Shown here one piece after another: positions 39,281 to 52,731 of a stretch of DNA of 64,000 nt. This DNA is from Octopus sinensis (lineage: Eukaryota). The position numbers and the translations under genes are program-made. The stretch's first letter is position 1. The number at the start of each line of letters is the position of its first letter. The notes under the pieces are model-generated. The model was not told the DNA's origin. It did no database searches and worked only from the letters and a program-made list of their open reading frames with translations. The stretch is taken from the NCBI RefSeq assembly GCF_006345805.1, contig NC_043002.1, forward strand, positions 34,286,001-34,350,000, read 5' to 3'.

Positions 39281-41039
39281 CGTGTGTGTATGTTACTGAT
39301 CGTCAATCTAATATATTCACTATGTACGCCCAGTTGACTTGTTTTCCCTATTTCTTCATCATGAATTAGCATATATATACATATGTAATATGCTTTATTA
39401 AAAAGCAGCAAAAATATCACAAAAGCTGTTACTCAGAGTTCAACGTTCTCGTTCGCCGAACAGAATAAAACAAAAATTAGGTTATAAGCAAACATATGCA
39501 ATTAGTTTAATGGATACACATTTGAAAATGGTTTTGTTTCGTCGATCCTTTTAACTATCGGTCTTTACTATAACTGGTTGCATGCAATGAACAAAATTCG
39601 TTACAAAAACATCTTATTATAAAATCGAAGAAAACCTTAAATCAAAAATAGCTTATAAAGAAGGACAGAGTCTAAATACCCAGGGTAAATAATTATTTGT
39701 AAAATATTAATAAATTAATACATTAAAAGTCATACCCGTTTAACATTTTTTTTTTTCACGTTGGATTATATATACATTTAGCAGTATATGCATATACCAA
39801 ACCATCTATAATATACATATATATATATATATACACTAAAACATACATACTATGTACATGGCTAAATACATATACAGACATATATAGGGAAGACGTAAAT
39901 ATTCTTTTATCCTTTTATTCTTTTACTTGTTTCAGTCTTTTCATTGCGACCATGCTGGAGCACCGCCTTTAGTCGAATCAAATCGACCCCAGGATTTGTA
40001 AGCTTAGTACTTATTCTATCGGTCTCTTTTGCCGAACCGCTACGTTACGGGGACTTAAACACACCAGCATCGGTTGTCAAAGGATGTTGGGGGGGGGGGG
40101 GGATATAAACACAGATACACACCATACACACGCGCGAACACACACACACACACACACGGACTGAGTCAAAACTATAGTAGAGTTGTTAGAACTCTGGACA
40201 AAATGCCTTAAAATATTTATTCCAACTGTAAGTGTCCTGAGTTCACTTTTCACCATGGCCATCTTGCTTTGTACACTAAATCCGTCACCACTACTTGGCA
40301 GCTTGAAGTGCCTTTATCAGAGTCCATTCTGTTACAGTTTGTTCAAGCCATACCTCCAGTTTAAGACTAAACTTCCACCCGTCCTCTAACCAGTGACGGA
40401 AACCCTATAATGGATTATGAACACTCCTTTCCTTACGGACTAAAAGAGGATTGTAAAAAAATAACAACATATCAAAATTGTCCTGAAATGTTGGACTTAC
40501 GTAACTCTACTAAAATACTGTACTGAGTAACATGTAAAAACAAATATAGGGGAAACTGATTGTAGTCTGTGTCGACCAAAATTATGTACCGTCCAAGCTT
40601 ATCTCAATTCAGGAACTTAACTAAATTACCAAAGTAAGCTTATTACACTGCTGAAGTAAATTTAGTAAATTACTATAGTAAATATATTAAATAGCTGTCA
40701 TAGATCCACGAAATGACTTTAATAATATATTGTATACTATATATACTAAATATACATCTAAATATAATAGCAGTGTAACTTCAGGTTATCACGAATTGTA
40801 TATATTTATATGTATGTATATGAATACATAGACACACACACACACGTATGTATCTATGTACTTATGTATGTATATGTTTCTTAGTATGTGTGTGTGTGTA
40901 CTTATATGAATGTTAAAACCTCTAAGCAGTTATATGCGCATTGCATATGCGTGTTCATATGTGTGTATGCTTATATATATATATATGTATAGTATATTAT
41001 ACCTATATATATATAATATATATATATATATAATGAAGA

Positions 41040-41220
41040 AGAGTTTACAAAAAAAAATACATAGACTGGTGGTGTACAAAACAAACAGACGTATTAGTAT
41101 AACGCTCAGGAATAGAAAAAGTATTTTACGTTTCGAGCCTGCGCTCTTCTACAGAAAGGGACACAGAAAAAACAAGGAGAGAAAAAAATGTGTGTAGTGG
41201 CTAACGATCTATCATGGCGT
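41040..41220 (-). mobile_element. ~200 bp pLTR-like repeat with a minimal HHR-like motif (same family as 3110-3300)
   Basis: Minus strand CTTT-CTGTAGA-A-GAGC-GCAG-GCTC-GAAA-CGTA-AAA at about 41125-41158. Confidence 0.6.
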
Positions 41221-41349
41221 CTATATATATATATTTACAGATATAGGGTGAAAGATAATTAATTTAATAAAATCAACAAATTTCACCTAGTAGTTTTTCG
41301 GTATGGAAAAGGACCATATTCGATAAAAACTTACACAAAAAGTTTTTTT

Positions 41350-41909
41350 ATATATATAATTATAACAATAAGGGTTTTGCAACAAGTTGCTTGACCACAT
41401 ACCGAAAATTTTAGAAATAGCAGCTAAAAGACTATTATTTCCTTTTTCTACAAAAATATGTCTCCACAGACAATATTTGTAACTCACACATGGCAAAAAA
41501 GAAGAAAAATAATGAAATCAAACGGTCTTCGATTAATTATGGACGCACGTTTCTGGATTATATTCATAAGACTTATTTCCTTCATCAACATATTTTGATA
41601 ATAAATTTAGAAATGCTAGGAAAATGCTAGTTTTCCTAGCATTTCTAGATTTATTATCGAAATATTATGTTGACAAAGGAAATAAGTCTTATGATTCTAA
41701 TCCAGAAACGTGCGTCCATAATTAATTGAATACTGTTTGATTTCGTTATTTTTCTTCTTTTTTGCCATGTGTGAGTTACAAATATTGTTGTCTGTGGAGA
41801 CATATTTTTGTAAAAAAAGGAACATTGTAGTCTTTTAGCTGCTATTTCTAAAATTTTCGGTATGTGTCAAGCAACTTGTTGGCAAAACTCTTATTGTTAT
41901 AATTATATA

Positions 41910-41910
<1 letters not shown>
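41350..41910. repeat. Large palindrome (about 275 bp arms, 6 nt loop at 41625-41630) with an HHR-like motif in each arm
   Basis: Centre GCTAGGAAAA-TGCTAG-TTTTCCTAGC. The arms match outward to TATAACAATAAGGGTTTTGC / GCAAAACTCTTATTGTTATA. Confidence 0.95.
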
Positions 41911-41955
<45 letters not shown>

Positions 41956-42897
41956 CTGTTGTACCCGGGGAGAGTCATTTTTTTTTGTGCCTTATAATTT
42001 AACACTCACCGGTAAAATTTCCACTGATTTCTTATTTTTATTTTCCTAAAATTTTCGTTGTTTCTTGCAACCTTTTCAATAGTTTTGACTCTGTCCGTTA
42101 TTTACACTGAGTTCCTTTTTGTTTGTTTGTGCACATGTGTGTGGATCAGTGTGTGTGTGTGTGTGCCTACGCATGCATGCATATACGTATGTATGTGTGG
42201 GTGTACGTATGTATGCATGTGTGTGTATGTATGCATGTGTGTATGCATGTGTGTGTATGCAAATGTATATATGTATGTGTGTGCATTTGTATGTATGTTT
42301 TCTGGATATAAGGCACAAAAAGAAAATGACTCTCTCCAGACACAACAGAATATGCTTCAACACACGAACTCACATAAAGAATCTTGCAAACCAAATCCCA
42401 AAACGAAATATATATATATATATAGATATAGATATATGTCGCGAAGCATCTCTTATATTCCTGTCTCATGACTATCGTCTTTTATGTTCATCTCCTATGT
42501 TCCTGCCTTAAGGCTTCCACTCTACACATGCCAGCTCAACTTAATCGTCTTTACTGGTCGAAAGACAGCTGTTGTTATTGTCTTGTTATTTGTAATTGTG
42601 TAACATTTTCTCCGTTTGTTTTTTGTCTTTGCTGTAGACATTCGCTTGCTTTCTCCCAAAAATTTTAATGCTCTTAGCTTAGATTTTTGGTACCAGCCAG
42701 ATTTGAACAGTCTCAAGTATAACCGACCGAAGCTGTAAGGATGATCTGGGAACTTAACTGATGAGAGAGGGCTGCTAATACCCCGTCGTTGTTTCTTCTT
42801 GTTCGTTTTTTTCCCTTCTTTTTCCCGTCCGTCTTTGTATCGTCTATCTGTCCGAATGTTTTATTGTAGTCTGTTGCGTTCTTGTTCCATTTTGTGG

Positions 42898-42958
<61 letters not shown>

Positions 42959-43009
42959 CATACATACATACATACATACATACATACATACATACATACA
43001 TACATACTA

Positions 43010-43052
<43 letters not shown>

Positions 43053-43079
43053 CGTGTGTGTGAGTGTGTGTCTAGCTTC

Positions 43080-43575
43080 ACGTGGACTCTTTGTTAGAAC
43101 ACCAAACACTGCGCTATTAGCTTTGAGAGATCATCTCATATAGGCTTTTCATGTATAAAAGCATGGATCGTCGCAGTATTCGGTGTTCGAGTAAGACACC
43201 CTTGTTAAGTTGAATATAAAGATTACTTTATGGTATTAATATTCGTTCCATTGCTTACAATTTTTAATGAGCCTGTTGGCTATTTGCGACACCAATATCT
43301 GAAAAGAAGCTGATATTCTATATATCATAGCAGCGAGATGTGACTGGCGTGCGATGACCGGACACCTCCGACGGACGATTTCTAGTAGAATGGAATCTCG
43401 TGATATGGTCATTCCGGTGCCCATGACAAACGATTCTCGTCTGCTACGTTCTATGTTTGCGCTTTCATGCCCCAAACGCCTATATGAGAGGATTACTCAA
43501 GGCTAATAACGCAGTATTCGGTGCGCTAACAAGACATCCACGTTAAGTTGGATATAAAAATTATCTTTTGGTATC
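43080..43575. repeat. Element with an ~80 bp inverted repeat plus a ~60 bp direct repeat
   Basis: 43081-43162 is the reverse complement of about 43460-43540. CGCAGTATTCGGTG...GTTAAGTTG(A/G)ATATAAA starts at 43172 and 43510. Confidence 0.7.
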
Positions 43576-44015
43576 GATACTGCTTCCATCGCTAATAATC
43601 TGTGTGTGTGTGTGTGTGTGTGCGTGTGTGCGTGTACACATACATACATACATACATACATACATACATACATACATACACATTTACAAACAGCCGACTA
43701 CTATAGCTGTTAACTACTTCCCAGCAACAATCAGAAGGAAACGGAATACAGCACCATAAGACCTACATAAAAAAATGTGAGTTTCTAGGACTGATACTAT
43801 GGAAATTTAATTTGATTTAATTTAATTTATTTCAATTTATTTTCTTTTCTAGTTCAACATGACTAGATCTTTTTAAAACGATAAAAACTGGTAGCTGTTT
43901 ATAGAGTTTAAAATGTAAATATTTTCTGGTTTCCACGATAAAATTCTCAAAGCATTTCTTTTTTATATTTTACACATACGTACACACACACACACAACAC
44001 AAACATACGCACACG

Positions 44016-44060
<45 letters not shown>

Positions 44061-44596
44061 CACGCACACACACGCACACACACACACACACAAACATACA
44101 CATGCGTACACACATACAGCAACGCCTATAATATATCTACTATAGTACAACAAAGGCACATGGCTTAGTGTTCAGGGTATTCGACCCACGATTGTAAAGT
44201 TGTGGGTTCAATTCCCGGTGGTGCGTTACGTCCTTAAGCAAGATATTTCATTTCACGTTGCTCCAGTCAACCCAGCTGCCAAAAATGAGTTGTCCCTGTA
44301 ATTCAAAGGGCCATAGTAAAACAATCAGTATAGTAGAACTGAAGCAATACTATATCCATACCAATAATATAACCACCTCTACTTCATACCTACAACTATA
44401 ACATAGGTATATCACTAGTATAGTAACACCAATGGTGTAGCTTCACCTCTAGTATAGCTAGGAGTATAGCATAAAAATACCTATGATATACCCATACCTC
44501 ACCCTATAGTACTCCACCGGTTACCTTTTGTCGAGCCACTAAGTTACGGGGACGCAAACACACCAACACCGGTTGTCAAGCGGTGGTGAGAGACAA

Positions 44597-44643
<47 letters not shown>

Positions 44644-45953
44644 GCAGGCTTCTTTCAGCTTCCGTCTACCAAATTCACCCACAAAGCTTTGGTCAGCCCA
44701 AGGATATAGTAGAAGACACTTGTTCAAGGTGCCACGCAGTGGGACTGAACCCGGAACTATGTGGTCGGGAAGCAAACTTCTTACCACACAGACATACCTG
44801 CACTTATGCATAAATAAACATTGAAACATGATGACTATCTTTCCAAGTGCTGTTGCATTTCGCAAGAAATTTTCGGTGTATAAGTCGACCTATCATTTTG
44901 GGCTGTAAATTTGCGACTGAAAAAATTTAACTTGTAAGCCAGAAAACATAACATCAGACTACCCAGACATGTTACACAAGACTGTACTGATGACCTATAA
45001 TTGCTTGTAGACAAATAGGTGTAAATACACCGAGTGTGCTCACAGCATCACACAAACAAACTGGGATCCACACATTTCGGAGTGGTTATCACCTCTTCAG
45101 CCACAGAGACTGGAAGAGTAGTCGTTGCGAACTGACATGAGAAACAGGTTCCTCTTACTATGTGTATGTGTGTGTGTGCACGCCAACGTTAGTCATCGTC
45201 TATGTATTCAATAACTTCTTTAACAATTTGCCTTTTCAACTATTAGATCTGTCTAATATTGTATGAAAAATAAACAATGCAGAAATGGAGTAATACAAAC
45301 TATATAACAAGCGAATCTCTCCTGTTAGAACAGTCAAACTACCCTCAAATCACTCTTTACTGCCTTCAAAAACATAGAAAAGATTGTCATAAGTGAGACA
45401 AAATCTATCATAAGATTGACTGCCCAGAATACACCTAGCGATTAAGAACTACAACAGCAACGACTGTACCTCAGTGTAGTTGCTCCTTTTGCTAGAAATA
45501 ACAACCAGCGATCACAGAATTCATTTCCTACAAAAGACACATTGGATAAAATGCAGTCAAATGTACATTATGTTTAATGAATAAAAAGATAGCAAAATGC
45601 TTTTAAGCATAGATTTGGCTAAACACAGATATTAAATCTGCAAATGATTCGTTATATCGATTACAAATAGTTGTAGTAATTGAGATAATTTCATATTTAA
45701 CATAATTGCATATTTTGAGCGAGCAATCATTTAAAAGACTGAAAAATTCACTGTGAAAAGGTCGTTAAACTTTTTCCAGCAGTTTTTATTCAAATTCATA
45801 GAATATCAACAAATGAAAATATTTTATATTAAATTAAAAGAGGGAGATTGTACATACATACATACATAATACATACATACATACATACATACATACATAC
45901 ATCATACATACATAAACACACACACGCACATACATACATACATATATATATAT

Positions 45954-46013
<60 letters not shown>

Positions 46014-46141
46014 GTACATATATACATACATATATATGGATGGATGGATGGATGGATGGATGGATAGATGGATGGATGGATGGATGTACGTATATATATA
46101 TATATATATATACATATACATACATATATATATATATACAT

Positions 46142-46193
<52 letters not shown>

Positions 46194-46202
46194 ATATAAT
46201 AT

Positions 46203-46234
<32 letters not shown>

Positions 46235-46426
46235 CATGCATATGTGTGTGTCTGTGTGTGTTTTCCGAATTTGTGTAAATATGTATAGAATAATATATCA
46301 GTTGAATAAAGTTAAAACAAGGTCTGGTTTCCACGTTTTTTTTATTATGATATTTAAAAACCTATATTTTTTATAATGTTGAAGTGTATTAAACATTAAA
46401 AAATGTTTTGTAATGTTCATAAAGTT

Positions 46427-46466
46427 CAATTAGTGCTTTCATACGTTTGTAGTAATCATCAGATGT
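46427..46466 (-). ncRNA. Degenerate minimal HHR downstream of the Penelope ORF
   Basis: ACAT-CTGATGA-TTAC-TACAAAC-GTAT-GAAA-GCAC-TA-ATTG. The core is intact; stems I and II each carry a mismatch. Confidence 0.45.
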
Positions 46467-47000
46467 TAAAATGTATTTAACTGACAGTTGAGTTCTTGAC
46501 AACTGTAGTAAAATGACAGACTTCTTCCTTTTTGTACCTCTTAGAAGCCTCCAACAAGCCGAATTTTTGGAATACAGTTTTGACCAATTCGCATGCAGCT
46601 TATGTTTGCCGACATACGATATTACTGGTATAGAACCCTCCTTTATTTTAACCAGTCAACTTGCGGTTTACATGTCATGGTTTTCTGAGTCAACTAACTT
46701 AGTTGGTTTCGATCGTTTTTATCTCAAACGATGGGAGTCTTCTGTAATTTGTTTATATTCATATGTTAAAGATACTTTTTAATTCACATCATTAACTGCT
46801 TGTTATATTATTGTCGTTATTTCCGTTTAGAACATTTTAATAAACCGTTTTTCTTTTAACTTTCTTCCACCTTCACTTGTATTTGTGGAAAAGAAAAAAT
46901 TAGAAATACTTTCTGACCACATGTTTCCATATGTTCTGGATTTGTTGTCTGTGGACTTATAAGCGTTCTGATAATGCATTTCCTGTCTCGCTAATATATA

Positions 47001-47142
47001 TTTCTTCATTGCCCACAAGGGGCTAAACATAGAGAGGACAAACAAGGACAGACAAAGAGATTAAGTCGATTACATCGACCCCAGTGCGAAACTGGTACTT
47101 TTATTTATCGACCCCGAAAGGATGACAGGCAAAGTCGACCTC
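47001..47142 (-). mobile_element. 5'-truncated family A SINE with a 19 bp target-site duplication
   Basis: CCTGTCTCGCTAATATATA at 46982-47000 and 47143-47161. Confidence 0.9.
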
Positions 47143-48769
47143 CCTGTCTCGCTAATATATAGTTCCTCGCAATTCGAGCGTTTAATGCAGTAGATCAAAT
47201 TTCTGCTTTTGCAGTTCATAACTGCATTTGCGAAAATCTATTCATTTTTTGTTCTAATGGATCTACCTGTATGCATGTATTGACACGTTCCACATCTGTT
47301 GTCATTACACTTGGATACTGTGAATGTTTTATCCTGTTTGTTCATATTGAATTTTGCCTTTGTTTATAGTTTCTTTAGGTTATGTGGTTGCCTTTTGCTT
47401 GATTAGTTATTATGCTTTTTAATTTTTCACTTTGTTTCATGATTCACGAATTTGTTTTGATGATGTTAAAAATGTTTTGGTGATGCGAATTGTGTGTTAC
47501 TAGAAATGGTATTGTGTTCCGTTGATGGATACGTCTTTCTTGTGTTGCCCTAAGTTGTTCTACAGGTATTTCTTTTGCTTGTTATATGCTATTTTTTATA
47601 AGTAGGAGAGGGTAATTTGAGCTCTATAACTCAAATCCTTTGAGTTCTATAAGTCGTATGTTCCTGGTATTTGGATCATCTACTATAGTATAAATTTTCC
47701 TGGCTAGACAGTACGGTATGTTGGGTGGCATAATTTGAAATTTAGGTACTGGTGTGTATCTGTGCTTTTGTAATAATTATTAGAATATCAGTTGTGATTG
47801 CGGTGTTGTTTTAATTACCATTATGTCAGAAATGGTAATTGTGTGTTGCTCATTTCTCTTGTGAATTTGAGACGAGGGAGTACATTGTCGAGGAGGGTGC
47901 TGAATTCTTCCAGATTTTCTAGGCATTTGGTCCAAATTGAGGAACAATCACCGAGGTAACTTTTCCATGTGTCCTCTATATGTCTTCTAAAGGCCATGCC
48001 ATAATTCTCTTCAATTTTTTTATATAGGTTTTGTTCTAAGTATCCCAATACTGAGTTCGCGAAGACTGGAGCAAATCGCATCCCCATAGCTTTGCCTCGA
48101 ATTTGGAGGTATTTTTTTCCGTTGGAAAGGGTTATATTGTTTTCGAGAATGAGGCAAATGGCGTCTAGTATGAAGGTTACAGTAAATCTACCAGTGATCG
48201 TTTCTCTATGTTTCTCGACCCAGTATTTTATGGTAGTAATTCTCAAATCATGTGGAATGCTCGTATATAAGTTTGTTACAGCAAAACTAACAGTGAATCG
48301 GATTCTGTTGTTTTGGGCAAATGTGGCAGGAAATCGATGTCATCTCAAATGAAACTGGGTATGTGAATACATAGTGGTTTTAGGATAATGCTCAGACGAT
48401 GTGTAGGACAGCCTGGACCAGCTGCAATGGGTCTTAGTTTCAGATCTTTTGGTTGTGGTAGTTTTATGTATACACTATCTTATTCCTTTATAGCGTTTTG
48501 TATTTTTTTGACTTAAGTATTTTAGGTAAGCCATAAAAGTTGCTGGATTTCGACTCAAAATTGGTAATATAGTCCCTTTCATTAGAAATGAGGGACTTAC
48601 AATGTTTGGGACTAAATAATTGAATTTCTCCATGATGCAGTGGTCAATATTCGAGGATATTTCATGGTAGTACTTTGTATCCTTCAAATGATTTTCAGCT
48701 ATTGGGTTGGCAACTAAGTTCCCGCCGTTTTTTAAAATGTAATTTTTTTTAAAGGTTTAATAAAAAATA

Positions 48770-49600
48770 ACAACTAATTAATCAATAATGTATTCACCCT
48801 TGTTGTTTACAACTTCTTCCCAACGATCAACAAGATTTTCAATGCTCGTAAAACTGATCCACCCAAGCTTTAAATTCTGCACTAGTATTGAACGAAACTC
48901 CGCGAATAGCATTTGAAAGAGATCGAAAGAGGTGGAAATTCGTTGGTGCTAAACCAGGAGAGTACAGTGGATATGGCAGCACTTCCCAGTCATATTGGCG
49001 ATATGAGGGCGGGCGTTGTCGTGCAGCAGAAGAACTCCATGCTGCCGATTAGGTGCTTTCTCTTGAATAGCCGTGTTGAGTCGTTCCATCTGTTGAACAT
49101 AGAGTTCCGCGTTGACTGTTTGGTTCCGTTGAAGCAATTCGTAATGGATAATCCCTTCCTAGTCCCACCATACGCACAACATCGTTTTACACGGATGAAG
49201 ATCTTGTTTCACGCGCGGTGTCGCTTGTTTACCGGGGGGCTAAGCCATTCCTTATGCTGCTTCATATTGCTGTACAGGTACCATTTTTCGTCGCCAGTAA
49301 CGATTTGGTAAAGAAATCGTTGCTTGTGTCCATGAGTTGAGCGGTGACGAGCAAGCAAACCAGCGGAGGTTGTGGCTCATTGATTTTTGCTGTTGCCACT
49401 TAAAGCATGCGGAGCCCATGTTCCATACTCCTCAACCTTTCCCATCGAGTGAAGATGCTTCTTTATAGCACTATGGGAGCATACCATTTTCTCTGTCAGT
49501 TCCCTTGTCGTTTGACAAGAATTTTCGTGCAAAAGTTGGTTTAATCGTTCTTCATCGAACTCAACTGGACGGAAAAAATTGTGGAAAGGTTTTCTCAACA
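48770..49600 (-). mobile_element. Mariner transposase fragment
   Basis: TTRELTEK, WAPHALS, IVTGDEKW, LLHDNARPH and the C-terminal IENLVDRWEEVVNNKGEYIID. Confidence 0.9.
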
Positions 49601-50180
49601 GAAAGTCTAGGCGAGGCTCACAAAAGAAAGTTTGTGTGCATAAAAATTAATAATTCGAACGTGAAGTTACCGCTAGATACAGGCAGTGATATTACAATTA
49701 TTAACACTGACACATGAAAAAAAATAAGAAAGCCTACATTAATGGAAATTTTAAAAGTTGCAAAAAGTGTCTCTGGAAGAAAATTACATTTTGGGGGTGA
49801 AATGATAACTGAGGTTATATTTCAAGATAAAACTTTGAAAGCCAAAGTTTTTGTGTTAAATAATGCAACAAACTGTTCGGTACTGACTGGATGGAATTAT
49901 TTAATTTGTGGGACCTCCCCATAAATTCTGTTCCGTAAAAATATAAATGATTTTTCCTCCAGTAAAAACAAGTCGTCAGACGAATTGAAAGAAAAACTAA
50001 AAAAATATTTTTCCTGAAGTTCTGTCCGAAAAATTAGGTCTGTGTACCAAGACAAAGGTGTGTTTTCAAATAAAAGAAAACGTCATACCAGTATTTAAGC
50101 CTAAACGAATGGCACCCTTCACAGTGATAAAGCAAGTCAATAAAGAAATGAAGAGACTAGAAAAAATTGGAATTATATAT
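49600..50180 (+). mobile_element. Ty3/Gypsy pol fragment (aspartic protease and start of RT region)
   Basis: VKLPLDTGSDITIIN (DTGS), then LFGTDWMELFNLW and PVFKPKRMAPF..VNKEMKRLEKIGII across frameshifts. Confidence 0.85.
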
Positions 50181-50462
50181 ATGAAACTAATGATACACTA
50201 TAGTGATTTGCGACCCGTCAGTTCATAGAGTATACCAAAGGCCGTGTGATCTACACAGTGCGCGATTTGGACCAGCCCTTATACGTTAAATACTTGTATT
50301 GGCTGATTTTCTCTGCGTGCACACCCTTAATATCTCACTGGATTACTTCAGTACCCAGTATTTGGATCCGACTAAAAGTAGTGCTTACAAGTTAAATCAA
50401 CCCAACCTTGTGCATACCATATAAGTACCCGATTCTCTCCAGAATACTTTATATGTTATATA

Positions 50463-50603
<141 letters not shown>

Positions 50604-51153
50604 ATATATATATATATATATAATTCCAAGAAAGTTAGAGGTTGTTAATCCAACCAACTAAAGGATAATATCTATCCAATATACTGGTGGTAGAATACCC
50701 AATTATTAATACACAAGTGCTTTTTTTATTGCATTGCAATTACATTACCGAGTGCTCTAAATGGGTGAGGGTAAAGAGATATTTTACCATTAATTTATAG
50801 ACCAATAAGAAAATGGAAGGGGATCAATAGGTGGTTCATCAACTTTTAGACATTATATTATGTCAATTTATTTATTTACTAAAATCCTTAATATATGTGT
50901 CTTTAGGTGGGATAGGTATATCCTTCAGTGATGAGTCCATCTTTATCAACTCCATTTTTCCACCAGTATTCATTTTGAGGGCCTACTATACCATACTCAA
51001 ATGCACTCACTCTCGGTAGAAATACAGACGTCACTAAAGTGACTAAGGGTACTAGTTAGTACCCTTACAATATCCTTACAATATCAGGGGCATAGCCACC
51101 ACGTCTATAGTTCTGCCTTTCGGCTGTAAATTGCGGGATAGCCACCATTATTT

Positions 51154-51194
<41 letters not shown>

Positions 51195-51202
51195 TTATTA
51201 TA

Positions 51203-51433
51203 CAGGGAGACCCAAAAGTAGGTTTACAGTTATTCAATTATCTCTTTCGCATTCATATAACAGTTTAGATCTTAATAATAAAAAATATGAAACCATTATT
51301 CTATGCTAATTTAGTTAATTTTGTCAAGCTCCCATTTCAGTTTGTAAGATAGAAATTTAGATGTAATAAAATGTTTTAAAAGAAATTTAAAGTGCTTACG
51401 TGATAACTGTAAACCTAATTTTGGGCCACCCTG
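51203..51433. mobile_element. Tc1-type MITE (about 230 bp)
   Basis: TIRs CAGGGAGACCCAAAAGTAGGTTTACAGTTAT / ATAACTGTAAACCTAATTTTGGGCCACCCTG, with TA on the left flank. Confidence 0.75.
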
Positions 51434-51609
51434 AATGTATACTTACATGCATAAACGTATACGGTTCAAAAAATTTTGTGATATTTTATATATACACATA
51501 TCTTCTATCGTTATCGTTTATAATTAAAGCGGAAAAATAATGTTTTTTTTATTCTAATATATATATATATTATATATATATATATCTATATATATATATA
51601 TTATATATA

Positions 51610-51705
<96 letters not shown>

Positions 51706-51744
51706 GCAGGAGTGATTGTGGTAGGCACAGGAGCGACTGTGCTA

Positions 51745-51905
51745 AGCGCAGGAGTTGCTGTGTGGTAAGAAGCTTGCTACCCAACCGCATGGTTCTGGGT
51801 TCAGTCCCAATGCGTGGCACCTTGAGCAAGTGTCTTCTACTATAGCCTTGGGCCGACCAAAGCCTTGTGAGTGGATTTGGTAGACGCAAACTGAAAGAAG
51901 CCCAT
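51745..51905 (+). mobile_element. tRNA/CORE-like SINE head (family B); further copies at 53555-53710(+), 44640-44800(-), 24575-24715(-)
   Basis: GCGCAGGAGTTGCTGTGTGGTAAG..GGGTTCAGTCCC..CACCTTGAGCAAGTGTCTTCTACTATAGCC. Confidence 0.85.
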
Positions 51906-51907
51906 GG

Positions 51908-51996
<89 letters not shown>

Positions 51997-52250
51997 TTAT
52001 GTATGTATGTATGTATGTATGTATGTATGTATGTATGTATGTATGTATGTATGTACGTATGTATATATGTATCTATCTATCTATATATATATATATATAT
52101 ACACACGTACATCTAACTGTCTGCCCAGGTATATATCAATATATATACATATCCCTCTCTCTATCAATCTATCTATCTATCTTTCTCCATATATATATGC
52201 ATATATATATATATATATATATATTAATATATATATATATATATATATAG

Positions 52251-52301
<51 letters not shown>

Positions 52302-52699
52302 TTGCAGATGCAGTTTGATATAGTTTTATAAAAACTACAAGATACTATTATATACCAACTACAGATACATATATATGTATGTGTGCATGTATGTATGTAT
52401 ATATGTTATGTGTGCGTGTGTGTTGTATAAATATAGCATCCATATATATATATATATAATATATATATATATATAATATATATATATATATATAATATAA
52501 TACATATATATATACATGTGTGTATGTATGTATATATAATATCAATAGACATGTATATTTATATATTGTAACCATAAATATACATATATGTATGCATGCA
52601 TGTATAAATATATGTGTGTGTATGTCTGTGTGTGCGTGAGTACATACATATGTATTAATATGTATTTATGGATATATGTGTGTGCGTGTAAAAGCTTAC

Positions 52700-52731
<32 letters not shown>

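Larger units (their letters stand above)
46400..48720 (-). mobile_element. Decayed Penelope-like element (RT plus GIY-YIG endonuclease and 3' pLTR-like region)
   Basis: LILENN..YLQIRGKAMGMRFAPVFANSVLGYLE, WKSYLGDC (YLDD-like) and LKFTRE..LPFL. Then NCKSRNLIYCIKRSNCEELYISETG at about 47200-47145, and NALSERL*VHRQ after the SINE insertion. Confidence 0.9.

Noticed and set aside
44985-45030. CTGATGA-CCTAT...ATAGG
   Set aside because: It is not followed by GAAA or a cleavage triplet.
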